Shown in pieces: positions 36,234 to 45,270 of a stretch of 64,000 nucleotides of DNA. Position numbers and translations under genes: made by a program. This stretch comes from Myxococcota bacterium (lineage in GTDB: Bacteria > Myxococcota_C > UBA6777). Below the pieces are notes generated by a model. It searched no databases, was not told the DNA's origin, and saw only the letters and a list, made by a program, of their open reading frames with translations. The DNA lies in assembly GCA_023150835.1 (NCBI GenBank), contig JAKLKB010000015.1, forward strand, positions 1 through 64,000, read 5' to 3'. The stretch's first letter is position 1; every line of letters begins with the position of its first letter.

Positions 36234-37076
36234 TTAGGGGTTCCACCCGCCGCCAATTTGCCAAAAGCGCAACAACATCACCAACAACGTGCCCCCCCCC
36301 AAAAGCATCAGCAGCAAGACAACGATCCGCGTTGTGCTATTGGCGGGTTCTGTATCGGCTTTGCTTGCTTGGAGGAACTGTTGCTGCGCCAAGTCAAGCA
36401 GCCGTTCCAACTGCGTATCGATCATCTCGCTTGCTCCGCGTTTTGCACGCTCTTTTCGATAACATTGGGCTGCAAATTCAAGGAATCCTTGTGCTTGACA
36501 ATACTGTAAAAATTGTTTGTGAAGCGGCTCTTCTTCCCAGCCCGCAAGCAGCGCCGCCCACAGGGCGCGGGCTTCTCTCCCTACAGTACCCGAAGGGATG
36601 GCGTCTTTGTTTGGATCGAAAGTGACACCGATGTTCGCAAACACCAAGCCGCATTTGTGGCACGAAGAATTCTCTATTCGGCGTTTTTCCCAACACTTCG
36701 GGCAAAAGGCTTCGTCATCGGGTTCTTGGACGGCGGATGCTTTGGATTGAAACGCAGGTGCAGGAGTGTTGAAATCTGTAGCTCTGTCATCTTCCGGTAT
36801 CAGGGGGGTGGAGAGGGTATGCTCCACAACCAGCGTTGGTTCTTTGGCTTCTTGCGAGAGCAACGACGGCAAAGGAGATCGAGGGAGCGCAACAGACGGA
36901 GAGATGTCTGCGTCTGCGGTGTACAGCGCTTGTTGCAAGCAGGCAGGACACTCGATGCAAAGGCGTCCATGATCAGCGGAAAAACGCTGCAAGTACACCA
37001 ATTCTTTGCACAGAGGGCATTGAAAGAGCAGCTTGCGTGTGGGCTGGTGTGTCGTGGACGGGCGTGTCGTGGGCAT
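36234..37076 (-). CDS. Hypothetical protein with two Zn-ribbon motifs and a C-terminal TM helix
   Basis: CPLC...CPAC and CPKC...CHKC; hydrophobic C-terminus. Confidence 0.75.
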   Translation of the reverse strand: MPTTRPSTTHQPTRKLLFQCPLCKELVYLQRFSADHGRLCIECPACLQQALYTADADISPSVALPRSPLPSLLSQEAKEPTLVVEHTLSTPLIPEDDRATDFNTPAPAFQSKASAVQEPDDEAFCPKCWEKRRIENSSCHKCGLVFANIGVTFDPNKDAIPSGTVGREARALWAALLAGWEEEPLHKQFLQYCQAQGFLEFAAQCYRKERAKRGASEMIDTQLERLLDLAQQQFLQASKADTEPANSTTRIVVLLLMLLGGGTLLVMLLRFWQIGGGWNP

Positions 37077-37087
37077 CCAACATTCCG

Positions 37088-39193
37088 TTATTCGAGATCG
37101 GCTGAGGTGCCGTGTATCTTGAATTTTTTGTCGCGATGAGCGACCAAAAACTGGATGGGGGCGATGGTTTCACCGTTGGATTGGATCGTCATCGATCCCG
37201 TAACACCGGCAAAATCTTTAATCTTGAGCAATTGATCGCGAAAGGCTTCGCGTGTTTTGGGTGCAAACTTTTCCACAATATGCAACAAGATCTGGATCGT
37301 ATCGTACGCATAAGCGGACACATAAGACGGGGGCTTTGGAGCTTTTGGATCAAACTCTCCGGGAAACTTGTTTCGGTAGTTGTCCACAAAGTTCTGGACC
37401 AAAGAACCGCGCTTGGCCCCCCAAGGACAATAGCGAACGGTAAAGATCCCCCCGACCACGTGACGCGGTTCGCGGGTAAAGATATCTTCGTTGTTCCAGC
37501 CGTTGGTTCCGAGAAGTTGGACAAATTTCAGGGGCTTGTTCAATGCTTTGTAACGCTCTTCGACCTGCTTTTCCCAATATGGGTAATGAAGTTTGACTTC
37601 GATATCTTGTTGCGCGAGGGTCGGAGCGATCATCGAGACATATTCGATAGAATCGGGGATAAAGATCGCATCAAAGTCCACGACGGGCGGAAATTGCTTG
37701 ACGAGGTTTCGATACAAGCGCTTGCGCAAGAATCCTGAGGGGGCTTGACGCAACTGACCGCTGAATTTGTACCACAAAGGACGCATACCAAGGTGCATAC
37801 GCCCGACCAGCCGCTGTGCGGGGTCCACGAAGTTTTTGACGTCGGCAGGATAAGACTCTACACCGACCATCTTGGCTCCAAGTCGTTCAACTTCTCGCCA
37901 AAAAGCCCCCACTTGGATACGCCCGGATTCTCCGTCAGGATAGAACGCTGTAAAGCGAGAAAGACTCAGTTTTTTGACAGCGTAACGTGCGATGGCGGTA
38001 CCCATCTGCGAGCGGGTGAGGTTGTTGCGAAAGATATAAGACCCGATATCTGGGAGTGTTTCGATAAGACTGATCGAAAACAACGGAACACCGAGTTCTT
38101 GGGCGCGGTGTGCAACGTGTAAAGAGACATCCGAAAGAACGGGGCCAAAGATAGCGATGGCGCGGTGTTCTTTGACCAGCCGTTCAAGCGCACGCAAAGC
38201 GGTGGAGCCTTGAGACCCTGTATCTTCAAACACCACTTGCACTTTTCCATCGAGTCCGCTTGTCGCAAGCTCGATGGCGTTGCGCACCAGCTTGCCTAAG
38301 CCCGCGCCGTAACCCGTCTTGGGATAAAGGACGCCCAAGACGTTGGGCTGAACGCGCAACACTTCACGGCGCTGTGCGCGCAAAGATTGAACACGCTTGT
38401 AGAGCGGGTGTTCTTGGTTGATCGAGCCGCTCAAAGCATTCAGGATCTCGTCACAGGCTTTGAAGTCTTGTTGGTGAAAAGACAACAGCGCAAGTCGCAT
38501 CGCGATGTAATCAAAAGGGAACGTCAAGGTTTCACCGCGTTTTGCGTACAACACTTGAAGCTCAGCAGAGGACAAACGCCCATCGATGGATTGGAGCAGA
38601 GCAGCCTTGGCCTCTGTTTGTTGCGCAGCATCCATCGTCGGCAAAAGCCGCGCTTGCCACTGGATCAAAGCCCGTTGATCGCCTGATTCTTTGGCGGCGC
38701 GCAAGATCATCGCCGCCACAGGCTTTTGTTCTTCTTCGGGAAGCTGTTGGTAGGCATCTTCAAAGGCTTCGATGGCAGCTTTGGCTTGCCCGATCTTGAG
38801 CAGGGCTTGACCATGCAACAGTCGCGTCTTGGCCCGTTTGGGTCCGGTCAGGCTGCTGCCTTTGAGTGCGCTTTCCAAAAGTCCCGCAGCATCGGCATAA
38901 CGACCTTGTTCGTAAGCGAGGTGTCCCAAGCGGTACTGTGCTGTTGGGACAGCTTGCGAGTTGGGGTACTCTTTGAGTAAGCTCCCCCACGCTTTTTCCT
39001 CGGTGGATTTGTCTTGGCTTTCTTTCGCAGCCATCGCTTGTTCCACCCATTTTTTCTCGCCTTCATTTTCAGGTTTGTATGTCCGACCGTTGAGTTTGAC
39101 CTCGCTGCCTTGGCAGCTTGCGCCCATCAAAACATACGGTCCAACAAGCCCGATCACCACCAGTCCAAAAAGTCGTTTGAATACGCGAGCCAT
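37088..39193 (-). CDS. TPR plus periplasmic-binding-protein type 1 lipoprotein (LpoA/LppC-like penicillin-binding protein activator family)
   Basis: Lipobox MGASC; TPRs; VLGVLYPKTG, FEDT, AIFGP, DFDAIFIPD, LLGTNGW, AYAYD and FAGVTG motifs; GAGGAGG RBS. Confidence 0.82.
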   Translation of the reverse strand: MARVFKRLFGLVVIGLVGPYVLMGASCQGSEVKLNGRTYKPENEGEKKWVEQAMAAKESQDKSTEEKAWGSLLKEYPNSQAVPTAQYRLGHLAYEQGRYADAAGLLESALKGSSLTGPKRAKTRLLHGQALLKIGQAKAAIEAFEDAYQQLPEEEQKPVAAMILRAAKESGDQRALIQWQARLLPTMDAAQQTEAKAALLQSIDGRLSSAELQVLYAKRGETLTFPFDYIAMRLALLSFHQQDFKACDEILNALSGSINQEHPLYKRVQSLRAQRREVLRVQPNVLGVLYPKTGYGAGLGKLVRNAIELATSGLDGKVQVVFEDTGSQGSTALRALERLVKEHRAIAIFGPVLSDVSLHVAHRAQELGVPLFSISLIETLPDIGSYIFRNNLTRSQMGTAIARYAVKKLSLSRFTAFYPDGESGRIQVGAFWREVERLGAKMVGVESYPADVKNFVDPAQRLVGRMHLGMRPLWYKFSGQLRQAPSGFLRKRLYRNLVKQFPPVVDFDAIFIPDSIEYVSMIAPTLAQQDIEVKLHYPYWEKQVEERYKALNKPLKFVQLLGTNGWNNEDIFTREPRHVVGGIFTVRYCPWGAKRGSLVQNFVDNYRNKFPGEFDPKAPKPPSYVSAYAYDTIQILLHIVEKFAPKTREAFRDQLLKIKDFAGVTGSMTIQSNGETIAPIQFLVAHRDKKFKIHGTSADLE

Positions 39194-39203
39194 CGTCCCC
39201 TCC

Positions 39204-40316
39204 TCAACCATCCCAATGAAAAAAGCTTTTGAGTTTTTCGATAAAGCCGGAACGAGCGGGTGTATGTTGTTCGTTTGAGGAGAGCGCTTCAAAACGTTCG
39301 AGTAGATCTTTTTGTTCTGCGCTAAGTTGAGCGGGGATCTCGACAACAACGCGGATGATCTGGTCGCCTTTTCCGTACTCTTGGATCTTCGTAAAGCCTT
39401 TTCCTTTGAGGCGAAATAGGGTTCCCGGCTGTGTGCCCGCAGGGATCTTCATGGAGATGATCCCCTCAAGCGTCGGGATATCCAGTTTGGCCCCCAAGGC
39501 AGCTTGTGCAAAAGACACAGGGACTTCGCAGATCACGTCGTCTTCTTCGCGTTGAAAGAGCGGATGTTCTTCGACGTGGATCGTGACATACAGATCGCCC
39601 GATTGCCCGCGTCCATCCGCTACTTTTTCACCACGTCCACGCATACGGATGCGCAAACCTTCGTAAGCCCCCGCAGGGATCTGCAATTCGACGGTCTCTG
39701 CGGCTTCTTGGCGTCCCGCTCCTTTGCAATCAGAACAAGGTTCTTTGATCACCTTTCCAGCGCCCCGACAATCGGGGCACGTGCGCGATAAGACAAAGAA
39801 GCCTTGTTGGACGCGGATCTCACCGCCACCTCCACAGGTACGACAAGTGCTGGGCTTTGTTCCCGCTTTGGCTCCGCTACCTTCGCAGGTTTTACAGGGG
39901 ATCTCGTAGGGAACTTCCATCGATTTTTCGACGCCGCGAGCGGCCTCTTCAAAAGAGATCGAGGTTTCGTACACCATATCGCGCCCACGCGCCGAACGGC
40001 CCCGGCCTCCGCCACCGCCACCGCCAAAGATACCGTCGAAAAAGTCTTTGAAGAGATCGCCGACATCGAACCCGCCACCAAACCCCCGATTGTTCAGCCC
40101 TTCGTGACCATAACGGTCATACACGGAGCGTTTTTCCTCATCCAAAAGGATCGCAGCGGCTTCGTTCAACTCTTTGAGTTTTTCTTCGGCATCGGGATTG
40201 TCGCGGTTGCGATCAGGATGAAACTGCATCGCCATCTTGCGATAGGCTTTTTTGATCTCTGCTGCGTCGGCTTGACGCGAAACACCGAGCAGATCGTAAT
40301 AATCAGGCTTGCTCAC
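39204..40316 (-). CDS. dnaJ: Chaperone DnaJ
   Basis: J domain with HPD, G/F region, four CxxCxGxG repeats. Confidence 0.97.
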   Translation of the reverse strand: MSKPDYYDLLGVSRQADAAEIKKAYRKMAMQFHPDRNRDNPDAEEKLKELNEAAAILLDEEKRSVYDRYGHEGLNNRGFGGGFDVGDLFKDFFDGIFGGGGGGGRGRSARGRDMVYETSISFEEAARGVEKSMEVPYEIPCKTCEGSGAKAGTKPSTCRTCGGGGEIRVQQGFFVLSRTCPDCRGAGKVIKEPCSDCKGAGRQEAAETVELQIPAGAYEGLRIRMRGRGEKVADGRGQSGDLYVTIHVEEHPLFQREEDDVICEVPVSFAQAALGAKLDIPTLEGIISMKIPAGTQPGTLFRLKGKGFTKIQEYGKGDQIIRVVVEIPAQLSAEQKDLLERFEALSSNEQHTPARSGFIEKLKSFFHWDG

Positions 40317-40453
40317 AGAAAAACCTCACCATGTCAACCAAATGATGCGCCCACTCACGGGACGCCTAAGACGCTCTATCATCAATTGAAGGCATCGCGC
40401 TTCAATCCCAAAAAATCACGCCACCTCGATTGCTCGGGAGTCGTTGTACTGGC

Positions 40454-42328
40454 TCAATCGTAGCCAAGATTGTCTGCGTCGTCTTCGTTGCTCGGCCCGC
40501 GTTCGCCACCTTCCGACATGGATTGGTACACCAATTCGGACAAGCCGTAGGAGGTTTGTTCGAGGCGTTTGTAGGTTTCAGAGAGATGTTCGTAATCGTT
40601 ACCAAAACGTTCCAAGACGACACGCGCTTCTTGGATCTCGCGTGCGACGGGGTCATAATCGTGGCGATCAAAGAGATGGCCGAATTCTTCGAGGGCTTTT
40701 TCTGTGTTGTAGATCAAGCCGTCAAGGTTGTTTCGCAACTCGGCAAGGCGCTTTTTCTCGGCGTCGTCGTGTTCGAAATCTTCGGACTCACGGATCATTC
40801 GAGATATTTCGGATTGCGTAAGTCCCGAAGATCCAGAGATCTGGATGCCTTGCTCTTTTCCTGTGGCGAGATCGCGTGCGGAAACATGGACGATCCCGTT
40901 GGCGTCGATCTCGAAAGTGACATCGATCTGCGGAACGCCTCGTGGGGCGGGCGGGATTCCAATGAGTTCAAAACGCCCGAGTGTTCGGTTGTCCAAGGCC
41001 ATCTCGCGCTCGCCTTGGAGTACATGAACCTCGACCATCCGCTGGTTGTCTGAGGCCGTCGAAAAGGTTTGGCTGCGGCGGGTCGGGATGGTGGTGTTGC
41101 GGTCGATCAGACGGGTAAAAACGCCGCCGTAGGTTTCGACCCCCAACGAAAGCGGTGTGACATCAAGCAAAAGCAGATCTTTGACTTCACCGCGCAACAC
41201 GCCGCCTTGGATCGAGGCTCCGACGGCAACGACTTCGTCGGGGTTGACGCCACGGCAAGGTTCGCGCTGGAAAAAGTCACGGACGTGTTGTTGAACCATC
41301 GGCATCCGCGTCATCCCACCAACCAAGAGCACATCGTCGATCTCATGCACCGAAAGGTTGGCGTCTTCAAGCGCCATCTGACAGGGCTCAAGGGTGGCCT
41401 CGACAAGATCGCGGACGAGATTTTCGAGGCGGTTTCGAGATAGGCGCGTGCTAAAGTGCTTGGGGCCTGTAGAATCGGCGGTGATAAAGGGAAGATTGAT
41501 CTCTGTTTCTTTGGAGGAAGAGAGTTCGTGTTTGGCTTTTTCTGCGGCCTCTTTGAGGCGCTGGAGGGCCATCTTGTCTTCGCGCAGATCGATGCCGTGT
41601 TCGGACAAAAATTGGTTGGCGAGATCTTCGACGATACGGCGATCAAAGTCTTCGCCTCCGAGATAAGTGTTGCCGTTGGTCGAAAGGACCTCGATGACGC
41701 CATCGCCGATCTGCAAGATCGAGATATCGAAGGTCCCTCCACCGAGATCGTACACGGCGATCTTGGCGTGTTCGAGGCGTTCGAGGCCGTACGCAAGCGC
41801 CGCAGCAGTCGGCTCGTTGATGATGCGCATCACTTCGAGGCCTGCGATCTGTCCGGCATCTTTGGTGGCTTGGCGTTGAGCATCGTCAAAGTACGCAGGG
41901 ACCGTGATCACCGCTTGGGTCACTTTGTCGCCGAGATAGTCTTCTGCGGTCTGTTTCATTTTGGCGAGGATCATCGCGCTGATCTCTTGGGGGCTGTAGT
42001 TTCGCCCGCGCACTTGAACCCACGCATCGCCATTGCGGCTTTCGACGATCTGATAAGGGCAGGTTCCCAAAGCAGCCTCGACTTCGTGACTATGAAAACG
42101 GCGACCAATCAAGCGTTTGACCGCATAGATGGTATTTTCAGGGTTGGTGATCGCTTGGCGTTTGGCGATCTGCCCAACGAGGCGTTCGCCGTTTTCTGTA
42201 AAAGCCACGACCGAAGGCGTGGTTCGACTGCCTTCTGCGTTGGGGATCACGACGGGTTCTCCGCCTTCGAGTATCGACACACAAGAGTTGGTGGTACCGA
42301 GGTCAATTCCGATAATCTTGCTCATCAT
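40454..42328 (-). CDS. dnaK: Chaperone DnaK (Hsp70)
   Basis: [48 protein letters not shown]. Confidence 0.98.
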   Translation of the reverse strand: MMSKIIGIDLGTTNSCVSILEGGEPVVIPNAEGSRTTPSVVAFTENGERLVGQIAKRQAITNPENTIYAVKRLIGRRFHSHEVEAALGTCPYQIVESRNGDAWVQVRGRNYSPQEISAMILAKMKQTAEDYLGDKVTQAVITVPAYFDDAQRQATKDAGQIAGLEVMRIINEPTAAALAYGLERLEHAKIAVYDLGGGTFDISILQIGDGVIEVLSTNGNTYLGGEDFDRRIVEDLANQFLSEHGIDLREDKMALQRLKEAAEKAKHELSSSKETEINLPFITADSTGPKHFSTRLSRNRLENLVRDLVEATLEPCQMALEDANLSVHEIDDVLLVGGMTRMPMVQQHVRDFFQREPCRGVNPDEVVAVGASIQGGVLRGEVKDLLLLDVTPLSLGVETYGGVFTRLIDRNTTIPTRRSQTFSTASDNQRMVEVHVLQGEREMALDNRTLGRFELIGIPPAPRGVPQIDVTFEIDANGIVHVSARDLATGKEQGIQISGSSGLTQSEISRMIRESEDFEHDDAEKKRLAELRNNLDGLIYNTEKALEEFGHLFDRHDYDPVAREIQEARVVLERFGNDYEHLSETYKRLEQTSYGLSELVYQSMSEGGERGPSNEDDADNLGYD

Positions 42329-42391
42329 AGCCCCTTCTGTTTCGCCAAGGAAACGAACAACCGACCGCGTTTAACGTGATGCTTCGGATAA

Positions 42392-43510
42392 TCAAACGGA
42401 GGAAGCGTCCGTTTTTTCCGCTGTCGCTTCAGGCTCCTCTTTCGAAGCATCCGTTATCTCGGTTCCACGGGGCACATCTGAGTGAGAAGCGATATCTTGT
42501 GCAGGAGGAGCGTCTGTTTCACTACCACCACCCACCGCATCGTCGACAGGTTCGCTCGGCTTGGCTTCGGCGGGTTTGGTGGGGGCTTTGGCGACGGCAA
42601 CCATCGCAGGGCGCAACATTCGGTCATGCAACTTGTAGCCAGCTCGAAATTCGCCACAGACCGTCCCATCGGGGAATTCGTCTGTTTCAACCAAAGAGAT
42701 CGCTTCGTGAAGCGTATAATCGAAGGTTGCGCCTTTGGCATCAAACCGCTGCAAACCGTGGTGATGCAAGATGGAGCTGTATTGCTTGTAAAGTAGTTGA
42801 AGACCTTCGATCACCGAGGTCGGGGAAGTGGCCTCTTCCATGCTTTTAAGGGCCAGATCGAAGTTGTCAAACATCGGCAAAAGCTCTTTGACAAGATGTT
42901 CGTGTCCGTATTTTCGGGCATCTTCGCGTTCGCGTTGGCTGCGTTTTCGCAAGTTATCGAAGTCTGCGGACAAACGAAGCAAGCGCTCGTAAAGCTCGTC
43001 TTTTTCTTTGGCGATTTGTTTGAGGTCAGCCACCTGTTTTTTGAGATCATCGGTGGTGCGCTTGTGCTGAAGTTGCTCTTCCAGATGGGTTCTTCGTGTT
43101 TCTTGGAGTTTCTTTTTCAACTCAGCCACTTCCTCTTGGAGCGCGCTGGCCGTTGCGACAAGGCTTTCATTACGAGCGGTGCTGCTTGGAGGGGAAGCGA
43201 TCGGCCCTTCGTCGGGGATCTCCAAAGTTTCGACCGATCGCGCATCAGCTTCTGCGAAAGAATCCGATGCTGCGGCCTGTTGTGGTGGTTCATCAGAAGA
43301 GGCGTGCGTTGTCGATTTGGCAGACTCGACAACAGCAGGTGATTCTAGACCGATGCCATCGGTTTTAAGGAAGATGTCCGATGCGTTCGCCTCGATAGAT
43401 TGGCTTTTTGCGCTGGCGTTTGATTCGGCATCCTTGGTGGTTTCCGCTGCTGCACGTTGCTCTGTGGCGGCCTTGTTGCTTTCTTTTTCCTTCTGTTCGC
43501 TCTGAGACAC
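42392..43510 (-). CDS. grpE: Nucleotide exchange factor GrpE with long N- and C-terminal extensions
   Basis: RLSADFDNLRKR, LLPMFDNF, FDYTLHEA, GYKLHDRMLRPAMVAV; upstream of dnaK. Confidence 0.95.
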   Translation of the reverse strand: MSQSEQKEKESNKAATEQRAAAETTKDAESNASAKSQSIEANASDIFLKTDGIGLESPAVVESAKSTTHASSDEPPQQAAASDSFAEADARSVETLEIPDEGPIASPPSSTARNESLVATASALQEEVAELKKKLQETRRTHLEEQLQHKRTTDDLKKQVADLKQIAKEKDELYERLLRLSADFDNLRKRSQREREDARKYGHEHLVKELLPMFDNFDLALKSMEEATSPTSVIEGLQLLYKQYSSILHHHGLQRFDAKGATFDYTLHEAISLVETDEFPDGTVCGEFRAGYKLHDRMLRPAMVAVAKAPTKPAEAKPSEPVDDAVGGGSETDAPPAQDIASHSDVPRGTEITDASKEEPEATAEKTDASSV

Positions 43511-43908
43511 GCTCTAACTCTCCTTTGTGCAGGGCGCTCATGGCCCGAGATCATTCGTGGTGTTCGCTTCGGATGAAAAAGTGAAGGCGAGAACGCTTTC
43601 GATCGGCTCTGGACAAAGAGGAGTTCTGCCCTCTCCCCAGAGTGAACGAAGCACAAGCATAACGCTTCTTTTGCGCAATGCAAATCATTCCCCAGCATAC
43701 GCCTTCGGTCAAGCCTTTTTGTTTCGTAAAAGGCCATCCCAAGGCGTTTGGCGCGTCGCCAAACCCACACAGCGGAGAGTTCAGCCTTGATGGGGGCTTG
43801 ACGCACACAAAAAACCAAACTAACAACCCCGCCTATGCGCGCAAACCAAACCACGCGCTTAGACGATTATCCGAGAGATGTGTGATCGACCTGTTGGTGC
43901 GATCCGCT

Positions 43909-43952
43909 GTAGACGCCCTGTTGTTGGGCAGCCACAGAGGGCTGCCCCTACG
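43909..43952 (-). repeat. GTAG-type REP-like palindrome
   Basis: Minus strand cgtaggggcagccctctgtggctgcccaac...gggcgtctac; homologous to 35900..35943 and 56435..56470. Confidence 0.75.
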
Positions 43953-44005
43953 TCGGTCGATCGCACAACGGGCATTTCGTATGACGCCCATCGCAAGGAG
44001 GTTTT

Positions 44006-44401
44006 ATGTACTGGTGTCGTTGTGTCGTCCTGCTTTCGTGTTTGTTCTCTCTCCTATCCCCTCTCGCTGCACAACCCCTCCCTCAGCCCGACGCCACACC
44101 TGCGAAGCGTTCTCCTGAACCCCGCTCCTTAACCAACACAGCCGCACAACCCGCAGCGACCCGTTCGACTCCCGCTCAAACACCCAAGCCTGCAAGCAAA
44201 ACCACCGAAGAAGCTGTACCACTCGACTTCTCTCAAAGCAAGCGCTCTCCTTATTGGGATCGTCCGTACTTGTTTGCTGCGTATCTGTTGGCGTGGTGGG
44301 TGTTTTTTTTCTACCTCGTGTCCATGCGCAAACGCCAACGCGAAGTGCAAGCCGAGCTACAACGCCTCCAACAAGCCCTCGATGATCTCAAGTTCAAGTA
44401 A
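44006..44401 (+). CDS. Small membrane protein with a CcmD-like C-terminus
   Basis: AAGGAGG RBS; signal-like N-terminus; YLFAAYLLAWWVFFFYLVSMRKRQREVQAELQRL (TM plus basic coiled coil). Confidence 0.65.
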   Translation: MYWCRCVVLLSCLFSLLSPLAAQPLPQPDATPAKRSPEPRSLTNTAAQPAATRSTPAQTPKPASKTTEEAVPLDFSQSKRSPYWDRPYLFAAYLLAWWVFFFYLVSMRKRQREVQAELQRLQQALDDLKFK

Positions 44402-44409
44402 GATTTCGC

Positions 44410-45270
44410 TCAAAGTGACGAGACATCGGCCTCCACAAAGGGAGGAAGACGAAAGAGTTGTTGTGCATTGTGTGTGGTTGTTGAAGCGACGAGGTGGGGA
44501 GGCACACGCAAAAGCTCCGCAAGTGCGAGCGCCGTTTGTCGAACATAGGCGGGTTCGTTGCGCTGACCACGAAAAGGAGCAGGCGCAAGATACGGGGCAT
44601 CCGTCTCGATCAACAACCGCTCCAAAGGTAGTTCTCGCACCACCTTTTTGACCGAACTTACAAACGTGATCATGCCGGGGATAGAAAGATAAAGGCCCAA
44701 AGACAAGCAACGTTCGGCAAACGACAACGTCCCACTAAAGCAATGAATCACCCCTTGCAGCCGATGTTTTTGAGCAGATGCCTCTAACAGAGCAATGGTG
44801 TCTTCTTCTGCATCGCGGGAGTGGATCACAAACGGTAGATCCGACAACGCAGCCAGTTCTAAGCCGCGCTGGAAAACCTGCTGTTGCGTTTCTTTGGGGG
44901 CGTGCATGTAAAAATAGTCCAGCCCGATCTCACCGATCGCAACGACCTTTGGATGTTTTGCGATCTCTTGCAAGGCCAAGAAATCGGCCTCAGAAGCAGC
45001 CCCTGCGTCATGAGGGTGAATCCCCACCGCCACAAAGATATCCTCGTGTTGTTCGGCGAGTCGAAGCGCTGCTTGAGAAGAAGCCACTCCGCAGCCGATA
45101 GAGATCATCTGCTTGACACCAGCGCGCCGAGCGCGTTCGAGTACAGCCTCGCGATCTGTTTCAAAGGGTTCTTGATCCAAGTGAAGGTGCGTGTCGACGA
45201 TTCCTCCGTCGCGCAATGCCGCCTCCCAAAGCATCGTTTCCGTCTCAGAACAACTCTGTTTTTTGCTCAT
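44410..45270 (-). CDS. tatD: TatD family DNase (YcfH-like)
   Basis: DTHLHL, GIHPH, GEIGLD, IHSR, HCFSG, ETDAPYL. Confidence 0.95.
   Translation of the reverse strand: MSKKQSCSETETMLWEAALRDGGIVDTHLHLDQEPFETDREAVLERARRAGVKQMISIGCGVASSQAALRLAEQHEDIFVAVGIHPHDAGAASEADFLALQEIAKHPKVVAIGEIGLDYFYMHAPKETQQQVFQRGLELAALSDLPFVIHSRDAEEDTIALLEASAQKHRLQGVIHCFSGTLSFAERCLSLGLYLSIPGMITFVSSVKKVVRELPLERLLIETDAPYLAPAPFRGQRNEPAYVRQTALALAELLRVPPHLVASTTTHNAQQLFRLPPFVEADVSSL

Noticed and set aside
43511-44005. CIRCE or sigma32 heat-shock element upstream of grpE
   Set aside because: I found no TTAGCACTC inverted repeat; a CCCCAT on the minus strand lacks a matching -35.
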